A stretch of 64,000 nucleotides of DNA from Paraspadella gotoi. Lineage: Eukaryota > Animalia > Chaetognatha. The translations under genes and the position numbers were made by a program. The stretch covers positions 7,871,225 to 7,935,224 of the forward strand of contig CM119269.1 in assembly GCA_051294375.1 (NCBI GenBank), given 5' to 3'. The notes under the pieces are model-generated. The model was not told the DNA's origin, made no database searches, and worked only from the letters and a program-made list of their open reading frames with translations. The first letter of the stretch is position 1. Each line of letters starts with the position of its first letter. Positions 42,458 through 54,997 of the stretch are shown in pieces.

Positions 42458-45400
42458 TCACAGGCCCTCGGTCTCTATCCCTCCCCGGTTCAGATCGTTC
42501 TCCGCGTGGACGGTGAATCCCAAGATGGACGAGTCCACCTTCTGCATCTTCTTTCCTTTCTTTCCCTTCTTGTTTTTGCCGCCGGTGGCGACGACGAACT
42601 CGTTGTTGTTTTCCGAATCTTAAAAGGAGGTGCGGTGGGGGAGGAGCAGAAGAAGCAAGAAATCGAAAGATAAATCTTGAGATTTTAGCTAAAACTAACA
42701 AGGAAAATGACGACCTTGCAGGCGCTTACCGCTTTTGACGCCGGTCGGGTTGAGAGCGCGCGCGGGCCCCAGCAATGCATCTTCATTCTCTTTCTTCTTC
42801 TTGGCCTTCATCTCTTGCTGTCGATACCTGCAGAATCGGAAAGAGGGGGAGGAAAGGAAAGGAAAGGAAAGGAAAGGAAAGGAAAAGGTCGGAAAATTAA
42901 GGAGTGTGGCAGCAAGACTTAAAGCTGCCTCACTGCTGTCCGTCCTCAGCCTTGTCTCAATGACTGAGCAGGCTAAATCATCTCATTCCATCCGTGCGTC
43001 CCGGGTTCAATCCCTGGGTATCCCGGTTCTGGCTTAAATGTGACGGAGCCGGTATAAACATGCCAGTGACAGGAGGCGGTCACTGAGGGTCCGCAGCCCC
43101 TACGCCAGTTGGTGAGATACCCCGCGCCCCGGGTATCACAGGCTATCCTCCCATTGCCATAGGAGTTACAAACCTGGATCGACGCTCGACAAATTGCTTG
43201 GCGAAGGCGAGCGTCTCCTTGTTTTCGCCCAAATAGGACTTAATGTAGTCCTGGATCTCGAAGGGAGACTCCACGTCCATCAAAAACGCGATGAAAGTCG
43301 GGACATCCACCTGACGTGGAGGTAATGGGATGAGCTGTTGGACTGCGACCAGCCAACACAGCGATGAAAACAAAACCCACTTGCGAATCCATTGTGGCGA
43401 GCGTGGAGGAGCACCACGAGGTGAACTCGTCCCGAGGCGTGGCGGCAGCTTGGAAGATCTTCTGCAGGGATTCTTCTTCCTTCTTACGCGCCTTCGTCGC
43501 CTTGGTCGTCGTTGTCGTCGTCGCCGGAGGTTGAGCGCCGCCCATCTTCGCCTGCGAAGTCGGAGCCGAGGCTTTTGCGACCTAAAATTAAAGGTTTAAT
43601 AATTACCTATAATTTAAATACATTGATGGAAGTGATTATGTCGTTATTGAAATACTCTCCCGACCTCACCTCGCGCAGCTGTTTCGGCGGCGAGGCGGCC
43701 TTGCCCGATGGACCCGAGGTCTGAGGCGCAGACCCTCCCTGGCTTTTGACCACGTCGCCCCAAAAGGACGGCACTCCAGACTTGGCCCAAGCGTTGGCCT
43801 CGGGCGGTGAGCTCGAAGGGGCGTTCCAGGAGGGCTGCGAACCTGGGGGGCCGTTCCACACGGCCGCTTGACCGAGCGTGAGGGACGAAGGTGGCGAATC
43901 AAAGAGGGAAGCAGACATCTGGGAAGGGAGGAGGGAAAGAAAAGAGGAAGGGAAGAAAAGAGGAAGGGAATGAGAAGATGGATAAGCAAGAAGAGGAAGG
44001 CATGAGAAAAGGGAGGAAATAAAAGAGGAACGAGAAGAGGGAGGAATGAGAAAGGAAAAAGTAAAATTATTGGATAAAAGCAAGAAAAGAAAGAGGAAAA
44101 CATTTTGAGGATGAAACAAAAAGATTAGAAATCCGCTTCATACCTTCTTTTCTTTTTTGGGTTCATTGAGTTGCTTTCTCGCTTCTTCTTTCTGGATTTC
44201 CAACAGACTTTTGACTTTGGCGCCGCCACCATCGCCGCCCCCGCTCATCGACGCAACGCCCGCGGGTGGGGCGCCCCAGCCGACCTTGGCGGCGTTCTCG
44301 CGAGCTATCTCGGCGGCGATGCGGCGTTGTTCTTCTTCCGCTTGCCGGCGCAGCACCTCGCGCTGACGCTCCTCCTCCGCCATATGCTTCTCTTCCAAGG
44401 CCTGAATGAGAGAGAGGGGATCCATAATGAGTGAGCTGGTCGACAATGGTCTCGTAGAAAAAAAAGAATGAACGAATTTCATCCTAACCTGAATCTCAGC
44501 GAGGGACAAATCTCCCATGTCCTGTTGGGTCTTCCTCCTCAAATGCTCTTCCCCGCTCGCCGCCCAGTTGGCCGTCTGCGGCAACTTCATCTTGGCCAGG
44601 CTCGCCTTTTGCTGCGCCTGCAGCTTTCGCAAGGCTTCCTGCTGGGCTGCTCGGCTCTCGGCCAATACTCGTTCCTGGAAGGGGAAAAAGGAGGAGGTAG
44701 GGAATATTGAAGGGGTAAGTACGGTTTTTAAGTAACCTCACCTCTTCTTCCTTCTTCTTTTTCTCGACCTCGGCCCGTTCAACCTCTTCTTTTCTTCTTC
44801 TCTCTTCCTCGATCCGTATCCTCTCTTCCTCCAGCAACCTCCTCCTTTCCTTCTCCGCCTCCTCCTTCTGCTTCCTCCTTTCCTCTTCCTCCCTCTTCAG
44901 TCGAGCCGCCTCCTCGGATCGTCTCTGCTCCTCCGCTTCCCTCCTCATCTGCTCCATCCTCCTCGCTTCCTCCTCTTGTTTCTTCCGCTCCTCCTCCTTC
45001 TTTCGCTCCTCTTTCTCCTCTTTCTCCTCCGCCTCCCGTAGCCGCCTTTCTTCAGTTTCTCTTCGCTTCTTTTCCGCTTCCTCCCTCTCCTTTCTCCGCT
45101 GTTCCTCCCTGATTGCATTTTCCACTCGAATTTTTTCTTCCTCTTCCAATTTTCTCCGCCTTTCCAGTTCTTCCCGTTCTCGGTCTTGCTGCAGTTGAAG
45201 TTTCTGAAGTTTCTGTTGCTGGATCTTCTGCTGCTGCTGATGTAGCTGCTGCTGTTGCAGGTCGGAGTCCGGACGGGTTGTTCCCATGTCCCAGATCGAT
45301 TTGGGCGGTTGAGGAACCACCGAGGGGGACGATCTCGAGGTGGCCAACGATGGAGAAATAGAATGCGCGTTGACCTGGAAAAGTTGAACGTCTCATGAAA

Positions 45401-48400
45401 AAGTTGATCTTAACATTTTTTTTATTAAGGGCCAACTGCGCAAAAGTTGACTCACTTGCATGAGCTTCTCCCAAGGCGTCAACGGATCCGAAGGCACAGA
45501 TTCAGATCGTTGGAGTTGCTGTGGCAGCTGAGACTGTTGGGGATTGGGAAACGATGCAGGTTTATCCATCGCAGCCAACTACGATTAAAAATACAGATAT
45601 AACTATTAAATTGAGAATGATAATAAAAATACATAAACCGTGATTTTAGGAAACTTGTATCTACTACTACCAACCTGTCCCTGCACGATAGGAGAGGTCC
45701 TTGGAACGGGATTGGCGGGACCAGCGCCATTCCCATGAGTGTTTGTCAATGTCTCCATGGAGGGGAGTTTCCCTATGGGGGACGTTTGTTGTTGTTGCTG
45801 TGGTTGCTGCGAAATTGAATTGGACGTGGTAAGTGCAGTCGAGACAAGATTTTGCAGGTCGAGTACGTGTTGTTGTTGTCGTTCCTGGGGCAACTGATGC
45901 CAATACTCCAAGTCCATCAATTGCTTTATTATTTGGCGAATGTGTTGTTGGAAGTTATTTGTTATCATTTGAGCGCTAGCGGGGTTTCTCGCGACCTTTT
46001 AAACAGATATAAAAGATATTATATTTTAAACAGTAATATAAAGTTATCAAATGTTTTTTTAGTACTTAGTTTGAGAAAAAAAAAGCTAATTAACTAACCA
46101 TTTGTGGGCATTGCACGGCCGCAGCCTGAGCTTGCTGCAACAACGTCCTCATTATCATCTGCTGTTGCTGCACAAGTTGTTGCTGTTGCATCTGTTGTTG
46201 CAAAAGCATCGCTTGCTGTTGTTGTTGCTGTTGAGAAAGATTGGCGTTCGGGGGGGGCGGTCCGCCGAAAGCGACGCCCGAAGCGAGAGTTTGCGGCGTT
46301 ATCGGAGCCATCGGCTGCGACGGGGCGCGGGGAAGGTTCAACGACGGCGGAACGGAGGTCGTCTGCGGCGTCTTTGGCGGAGGACCTGGGAAAAGCATAG
46401 AAAGTGTGAGTGAGAAGAGAGAACGGCAGGATATTTTGGAGAACTTACCCGTCGATCTCACGATGATCGGAGGTAGAATCTGTCCTGGAAGGAAAGGAAC
46501 GCGCTCCCAGCGCGTGATATGTTCGCCCAAAGGAAATAAGTCCGAGTCACAGCCGCGTTTGACCATCAGTGTAAGATTGAAGTAACCGGCCTGGAACCAT
46601 TCCGCCATTTCCGAAGACAGGAACGGACCTTGAATCTCACCCTGAATTTGTTTTTTTTTTTAATTACAACTAAAATTAAAATCTTCCATTGCAAACCCGT
46701 GAAAATTCGACATCGTAACCCACCTGAGGGTCTTCGTAGAACCAAGCCTGCGCATCCTTGTGGTTCAAAGGAACGGCGTCCTTTTTGGGATCCAATTCCG
46801 CGGCGGGCGGCGCCGATTTTCGTTCATCGACGGCGTCCCAAGTTTCCATGAGTTTTTGAGTATCTAAATAACAAAAATGAAAAAAGGCGAAATAAGTTCT
46901 GGCCTCGTCACACGCTCACTGAGATCTCTTTTTCCTCCCCAACCTAAAGCGTGACGAAAGAGGTCGTCTTCGGCCGGTTTGCCGCCGACGAGAGTTTGAC
47001 TAGATAATGATGTTGGTTCGACGGCGGACGACGGCGCGGGCGCATGAAGCGACGCCGTTTTTGATTGACTGTGGGCGGGGGAGGAGGGCGCGTTGGCGCC
47101 GGGGGCGAGGGAAGGCTGGGGTAGCAGCCCGACGCCGATAGCGGACGATGGCGGGTTCGGTGGCGGAACGTCAACTTCCGTCACGGAGGGGAGACGGCCC
47201 GAGCCACGGATGGAACTCTGTCTTTGAGGGGGAAGAGGAATGTCGGCAACGGAGACGGGACCCCCGGCGCCGCGGACTCCTTCTCGGGAAACGACGCCGC
47301 GAGCGTCGACGGCGTTGCGCGTTTCGGAGACGTCACCGGCGACGGAGGAAGATCCTTCGGGGAAGTTGAGTTTCCTTTGAGTAGACGCGGAATTCGGAAT
47401 CACTTCGCGATATCGCGATCTGAAAATGAAGAAATCACGATGATGCTCCAATCAAACTAATTTAAGACTTACTTCGATGCCCTACCTTTCCAAATCCGCG
47501 TGCGGCGTCAGCACCTTCTCCGGTGACTTGTCCAGTTTCCTGGGCGTGAATCCTGAACCGGAAGTGGCGTCCTCGTTTGAAGGCAGACGACGTCGCCGGC
47601 GAGAATCTTCTCCTTCACCGGAATCTTGGGATTTACAAACACGGATAAAATGTCAGTTTTTGTATTAATTAACTTTTTAATTACTATGCAACAGATATTG
47701 TGAAAGGAAATTTGTGAGAATCCAATATCCCCCCTCCCCTTTTCGTCCAGCGAGCGAAAGAGGCTCACCGAAGTGGTCGTCGGCGGGCATGAACTGACCG
47801 GAAGAGTCGAAGCCACCCTCGAAACCTCCGTCCTCGGTGCACCATTCCGGAAGATCTCCGTGTTCCCCGTTGAGGTCTCCGGGGCCGCCGCCGCCGAACC
47901 CGCCGTCGCCCTGCGAGGTCCGGCGGTACCGCGACATGAACTGACCGCCGGGGGGACGCTGGTAGTAGCTATCGTGCGAGCGACCCGCGTGATAACCCTA
48001 AAAGGTCAGGACGGTAAATTAAGTCACGTACGTCCAGATCAATGAAACCATCTCCCACCATCCCATCTTTCTCTACCTGGTCCGCCCCCGGTCCGCCCCG
48101 GTTGTTATGGAATCCGCCTCTACCGGAAGTAGGAACCCCGGATCCACGACCGACGCCCACGTCATCTGACTTTTCTGAGCGCCAATTGTTGGACGAAGAT
48201 CGGCTCCATCTGTGAGGAGGGATAAAGCGGTCAATGAAAAGACAATTGCGATGAATAAATTACTTAAATTGTCCAATTAGCTCGTCGGCGCAGACCCTGA
48301 CCTTCCTTCCGAGCCACGACCAGAACCAGACGGCTGCCTCCAACCACCGGACGAAGTGGTGGACCCCGTTGCTTCCTCGCCAACGTCTTCGAGCTGGGTT

Positions 48401-49833
48401 GTATCATTGCTTGATGTTTAGCTTTTAATAACCCTAATAAAGATTAAAAAGCCACTACCTGCGGTCGCGGTCCTTCACGCCAATTGTCGGAGCTCATGGA
48501 CCTGGAGAAGCCTCGGGCGGCACCGCCGCTACCCGCCTGAGGCCCTCCGCTTGATCCTCCGCTCGTTCCGCCGACACCGGGACCGCCGCTGCGTTCCGGA
48601 GATGCAGGGAATTGATCCGCGTTATCCCGGCTCGAATGTCGTTGACGCTAAATAAGGGAAAGACGAGCATAAAATTATTTGAGCATTTTTAGTAGTTTTT
48701 TTCGAAATTATAATTTAGCTCTCTTCGTCGAACCTGATTGAAAGAGCCGTCCGGGTCCCAACTGCCCTTGTCCCTCGAGGAAAAGCTTCCGGAGACGGGG
48801 TCGCCCTCATCGTAAGAGGTGGACCGGCCGTAAAAGCCTCGATCCCCGCCAGTCGCCTCGCCCCCTCGACCCGCGCGGTTGGGGCCCGAGCGAGAGACGC
48901 CCCGACCCCGATCTGAAGTCCCGCCTCCCATCCCCCTCCCGCCGCCGCGACCCGGAGCTGAACCCCCTCTCACGGTGCGAAGAGCAACCTGGGCGAAGAA
49001 GAGAAATAATGAGGATCGAACAATTAGATCGGAAAAGCAGGGATTGGAGATTGGCCAGATAGGGCTTTGTTCTCATTTGTAATAAAGAGGGTTGATGGTA
49101 TTTCTTAACTTTTGAACGAATTTATAAGCATCAGATTGTCGGACTCAAATTATCACTTTTTGATATTTCATCGAATAGCAAAGCCAAAGAGCAAAACTAT
49201 TCATCGACACGTTGGTTCCTTTTTACTTCATGACAAAACCTACACCACAGTACCTGGCTATTTACTGAATTGCTGTGAAGTCTCAGTTCGTCATCTGTAA
49301 CAAACAAATCGGGGCGATGAAATGAGCCGAGTTCATCAGTTCCCTTTTAAATAAAACTCGACACTTACCCGATAACGGTTGATAGGATACTGGTTCTAAG
49401 GTTATCTCACTGAGGATTGACGGATAATCATACAATTCCACCGGCACTCCTTTCGATGGTTGAAAGAGTGCCAACATTTCTTCGCGACCGTAACGGAATT
49501 CTGCAAGACGACACACGTCAGCTTCCGTTGCAAGCTCCGTTTTCTAATACTCAGTTTTTAACAAAAATACCTGCCATTTTATATGATTTTCTCTCTGGCT
49601 GTGGGGAAGGTGGCAAATCAGATGGTAAACTCCCATTTGCACCTCCTGAAAATTGAGGCAATTTTATATTTTTCAGAGTTTTTAAAACGTTTAATAATGA
49701 AGAAATCCGAGGACAGAGTCGAAAAAGGATGGGGAACAGTTTATAACTCACCGCTGCCCAGATTTCCAGGTGCTCCAGAAAGCGCGCGCAGCCACTCGGG
49801 GCCGAACTTTAGGGCCGAATTGACATCCGCCAT
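42458..49833 (-). CDS. GIGYF2: GRB10-interacting GYF protein, multi-exon
   Basis: [19 protein letters not shown]; 4EHP-binding-type [11 protein letters not shown]; LPEWC; GYF domain WFYEDPQ|[21 protein letters not shown]; E/R coiled coil; [28 protein letters not shown]; C-terminal VDSSILGF...GGIET. Confidence 0.94.
42955..43170 (+). mobile_element. tRNA-derived SINE-like element in GIGYF intron (antisense to host)
   Basis: A-box-like TGACTGAGCAGG, B-box GGTTCAATCCC (43004-43014), GC-rich body with a GATACCC...GGGTATC hairpin. Confidence 0.55.
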
Positions 49834-50188
49834 GATGTCTCGTCGCTGATGGATTTTTCGTTTAATTGCTCCTCGACAGTTACACCCACAACAGTTTTTT
49901 AAGGGGGGTTTTGGCCTTTTGAGTCGGTACTGGAAAGGTGAGAATCGTTTCTGCAGAGAGAGAGAGAGCTAAAAGTTTTAACAACATATTAAAGAAAATG
50001 AAATGTTATATGAATTTATTTTAATCAAGAAAGGAACGAAAGTGGGCAGGCATCAGCCATACGATACGATTATTAAGGGCATTAAAAGCACGATGCAAGT
50101 CTATGAAAAATATTCACAAATGGAAAATGCAAAGTGGTATCGAGTAAGAACATCGTCGAGAGTGAAAAAGATTGAAAAGCGAGATGTG

Positions 50189-50221
50189 GCAGCGATGAAG
50201 CAGCGATGAAGCAGCGATGAA
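50189..50221. repeat. 11-bp x3 repeat GCAGCGATGAA
   Basis: Direct tandem in the GIGYF/EFHC2 divergent interval. Confidence 0.85.
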
Positions 50222-50639
50222 TCAGGGACACGTCGGCCACATTGTTTAGTTCACGACGACGGGTGAACTCAAAGATCGACCAGCGACGCCTCAATGGCCG
50301 AGAAAAGATCCAATTCGTTCGTACAGGGCCGCCCTGGCGATAACAGCCAGAACCGTATCAAAAGGCAAACAAAGAAACCACAAGGGTTATTGATTATGCA
50401 AATGCCAGGAGGTAGCGAAATCGGGAGAAATAAAGGAGAGAGGGGGAGACGAATGCAATCCCATGGATCGGCCATGTTCTCGAGATCGTAGGAAGTTCTT
50501 TGAAACAAGGGTTCTTGCTCCTGGAGCTATTTTTATTGGTGCAGTCGGAGGAGGAGAAGGAAGAGAAGCGATGATCAGAAGGTGGCGATGATTCGACTGT
50601 AGATTCTCGCCGAGGGGACCAATCCGCTCTTCTGTTGTT

Positions 50640-50674
<35 letters not shown>

Positions 50675-50754
50675 GAGAGAGAGATGTTCATTTTAAAATG
50701 GCCTTGAAGGGAGACTGGATAAGGTAGACGAACGAGGGAGCTTTCTCGCTCTCG

Positions 50755-50768
50755 GTTGCCATGGAAAG
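50755..50768 (+). promoter_or_regulatory. RFX X-box upstream of EFHC2
   Basis: GTTGCCATGGAAAG, near consensus GTTGCCATGGCAAC, 110 bp before the ATG of a ciliary gene. Confidence 0.65.
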
Positions 50769-50878
50769 CACGTATACAAGAGAACTTGACGACCGAGTCG
50801 ATAAAGGACTCGGTTCGCGCAAAAAGGAAACAAAACAGTTAAGCCGTAAAAATATCGAGTAAAATAGAGTTATAAAAA

Positions 50879-53800
50879 ATGGCGTTACCGTTCCTTCCCG
50901 GGAACACTTTCAATTCTCGGTTGGGCAAAGAAAAATTTCACCTCTCCCACCATTTCGACACGCTCAACAATGTCCCGATGTGGATCGGAGAACGGAAACC
51001 GGGCCCGGGGGGCGAGGTCAGGCTTGGACAAGATACGCGCAAGATGCACAGCCAAATTCCGCCGGGTAATCGAGAGAATTTTCTTTGAAATCCTGTTATC
51101 GATAATATTTCATTAGTTTAACAATAACACTTTTATACGAAAATTGCGAATCACTTACCTGAACTTTTATATTGGCTTAAAATTTTACTGTTGAAAATAA
51201 AATCTCAATAAAATAAAATGGAAATGCTAACTCTCATGAGTACAGGGCGCAGAATGATCATTGATCAATGATAGAAAAAGAGTACGAAAGAAAAATAAAT
51301 AAATACATAAAAATTCCCCATTCTTGTTTCCTTTTCTCTCCTCAGGAGAAGGAAGTCCACTTCCGGCCTGGTTGGCCTTTGACCGGCAAGTCCTCTCATT
51401 TGACGCATTCTTCCAAGAGGCCGTCGTTGAGCGACGAGAGGAGCAGTTCAGAGTTCGAGATTGCAAGATCTATTTCTATCTAGAGGATGACTCTATTCAG
51501 GCAAGATCTAGACTAATGAAACAGCACTTATTATTTCCGTTTAAGTAACCTTCAACCAGTCCAATATCCTAATGGATCCCATTATTTGTCGGACCAGGTC
51601 ATCGAGCCCCGTCTCCGCAACAGCGGTGTGCCTCAGGGAACGGTGATCAAGCGTCACCGCATTCCCAAACCCGCCCCTCAAGACGACATTTACTACACTG
51701 TGGAGGACTTCAACGTGGGCAACGAGGTCTCGCTTTACGGAAAAGTCTTCAAGATCACGGGATGCGACCAGTTCACGGAAAACTTTTTGAAGAAACTGGG
51801 TAAGTTATCGAAAAGGTCTACATCCCCCTATTGACATCTTCGCCTCGTCATATTTCCTCAATTTGCAGGTGTCAAGATCAATCTCCCAGAACGAGTTCCG
51901 CCGGATCCGTACATGAGTCACAGGAAGGCCATGGACGAGAGTTGCCAGCCGCTAAGACCGTACCAATCGGTGGACACCTTGAAGCAGGTAACCATGAGCC
52001 TCGCACCATAAAAACAAATAGATGGCAAAAATAAGCAGGATCAACTTTTGTCATCAGTTCTTGGATCACGACGGTCACGTTCTCCGGTTTTACTGTTATT
52101 GGGACGACACTGACTCTATGTTCGGCGACTCGAGAGAGATGGTCCTACATTACTTTTTAGCGGGTAAATTGTTATTAATAATCATCGGATAGTGTCAGTA
52201 GTTCCATGTGACTCATTCCATCTTGAAATTTCAGACGACACCATCGAGATACGGGAGATCGTTCCGGCCAACGCCGGTCGGGATGCACCATCCGTCTTTA
52301 TTAGACGAGCTCGACTCCCCAAAGGTTCGGCTGTAGGAAAATTGAGAGAGAGGAGACGGCACAAATCGTCTTTATTAATCTAATAATTTTTAACAGGGGT
52401 GGTCCCTCTGAGAAAACCGGGCGAGATCACGCCGAGAACGGTGCTTAACGTATTTGGACCAAACGGACCCGGCGGGAGATACATCCTCGATCCCTTGAAA
52501 ACCGGGGAGGTTAACATCGATTATTACAGCGAGGCTGATCTGAAAATTGGTGAGCGGGGGAACAACGTTCTTCTGTAATTTGAATTATGCCTAAAATATG
52601 TTAACTTTGAAACCTCACAGGAAATGTCATCAACGTTTGGGGCCGAAAGTTCGTTCTCTGCGACATGGACGACTTCACGAAAGCTTTTTACAGAACCAAA
52701 TTCGGATTGACGGACGAGGACTTTACGCCTATTCAATACAAAGCGCCTCCCGTGCCGAAGCCTGATAAAGGTAAAGTGTTTAAGAAATTGGGGCACTCGA
52801 GTGTTTGATGGAAAAAACTTTTTTCTCAGAAATCCCGCCCTACAATGGATTCGGCGGAGAGGAGGACTCTTTGGGCAACTGCTTCAAGTTGATCCCTGAG
52901 GCGCCGAAGGGAGACTTCGTCAAGTTCATGCTCAAAGACCGATGCGCCCTGGACAGCAACATACTCAGATTCCACGCCAAGATGGTTTCGAAAAAGCCCA
53001 ACGACCAAGATCGTCTCTTCATTATAAAGCAAGAGCGAAAAACGAAGGGATTAAGCATAGCGAGAGACGATTAGTTTAGGTTTTTTTTACTTTTTCCAGT
53101 TACTATCTCTCCGACGATACGATTGGCGTTCACGAACCTCCGATACGGAACTCTGGCTTCCGCGGGGGATCTTTCCTCAGAAGGCAAGGATTAGCCCGAA
53201 GCTATTTGCCAAAAACGAGATACTTGAATACATACATACATACATTATACATTTTGGTGATTATACAGAGGAAAGATAAAGAAACCTAATCAGCCACGCT
53301 TTAACAACAAGCCCTCGGAATATTACACGGCGGAGGACCTTTACATTGGCGCGGTGGTGGAATTCAACTGCTTTGTTTTCAGAATTTTCGACGCTGGTAT
53401 GACTTCCTCGTTACTACTTTCGCCTACTTTCTCGTCACTAGTCGACGCCACGCCTACTTTTCTCTATTTTGTAAATTGCAGATGAATACGCTGTGGCCTA
53501 CATGGAACAGAACCCCGACGAGTTTGTTCAAGCCAGCGTGGAGAACATCATGCAAAAGATTCGCGCGATGGCGAAGGGCAAAGTGGAGGAAGTGCGCAAC
53601 TTTTTCCGACGAAACGATCCCGACGGCTCGGGCAGTGCCGCTTACTCGCAGTTTAGGACTCTTCTCATTCAACTAACTAACGTGAGTCACTTTTCAAATT
53701 GATGTCCGCTTGACAAATGGGTCGGATTTAGTTCGTCTCATATTTCGATTCACACGAGTCGTTAATCAATCACAATATCACAGGGTGCGCTGGTGGAGCA

Positions 53801-54467
53801 CGAGATCATCGCCCTGGCCCGGGCTTACTCGTTGTCCAACAATCCGGGGCCGGATATCAACGAGCTCTCGGCCATGGCGCAGGACGAATTGAGGAAAAAC
53901 AACTTCGAGGGCTTCGAGCACGTACGGGGCCTTTGCATCCATCACGACGAGGATAGGACGGGTAATTCAATATTTTGGTTTTTTCAAAAATTTCACGGCA
54001 TTTAACGATTGAACACTGAGCAGGATGGGTGGACCCCATTCTGGTTCGTTGCGCCGTGAAATCCCTACGCGTTCCTCTTCACGACGACGTCCTGGCGGCG
54101 ATGTTAAACAAGTTCGAGAAGAACGAACACTGCCAGATTAGATACGATGAGTTGGTCGAACGAATTAACTGGCGGAAGAATCCTATGATGCAGTTGGCGT
54201 CGGAGAAGGTTTGTTTTTGGAAAAAGAGAGAGAGTTTCGCAGCATCATCGATGCTGCAAAATGTTTAAGTTTTTTCTTTCTTCTACACAGCGCTCCGTGG
54301 TGGCCGAGGTTCCTTCCCCGACGGAAAGCGTGAAGGATGTCAACTATCGCCAGCTGCTTAAGGATTTGTTTCCCAAAGGGAGCGAGGACGAGGCGGCGGG
54401 GAGAGCGGTCGTCGTCGCGGCGGCCGGCAGCGGCGACATCGTTCCTAATGACACGTCCCGGTGTTGA
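50879..54467 (+). CDS. EFHC2: EF-hand domain-containing family member C2 (three DM10 domains plus EF hands; axonemal RIB72 family)
   Basis: [26 protein letters not shown]; [19 protein letters not shown]; YLEDDSIQ|[14 protein letters not shown]; [17 protein letters not shown]; [17 protein letters not shown]; [19 protein letters not shown]; DPDGSGS EF loop. Confidence 0.95.
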
Positions 54468-54997
54468 GGGGGCGAAATCGGAGGCGCACCTGTACATAAC
54501 ATTCGTCTTTCGATTCGCGAGAATAACTAACTTTTATTGGCTTTTGTCTTCAGACGTAACTCATTCTTCCCTTGAATCTGAAATGGATGAATACAAGGAG
54601 CTCTTTTTTATTTGTATTTTTTTTTTTTAGCAACAATTGCAATGAAACACCGATAATCGGGAATTTATAAGTCAAATAAATATGCCATTGCAAAAAAAAG
54701 TTATTTTTTTGCACAACGAAGTAGAATATAACAGAGGCTTTAGGTAAAAAAAAAATTCGAAGTTTTTAAAATCACGATTATAATTGTGATAACAGATTGG
54801 CTACGCGTCAAGTAAGAAAGAAATTAACCCAGAAAAAAAAGGAATCTCTCTGAAAATTGCGTTGGTTTAAAAGCATAAAAATTTATGGCACTAGTATGAA
54901 GCATGCGCTCGCATTGTTTTTTATATGTAGTTCGATATTCATCTCTTAGAATAGAAGAAGCGACCACAATGTCGGTGATAAGCAGCCGCTTCCGATT

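Noticed and set aside
42955-43030. Functional tRNA gene
   Set aside because: A/B-box-like motifs are present but there is no acceptor or anticodon stem; better explained as a SINE head.
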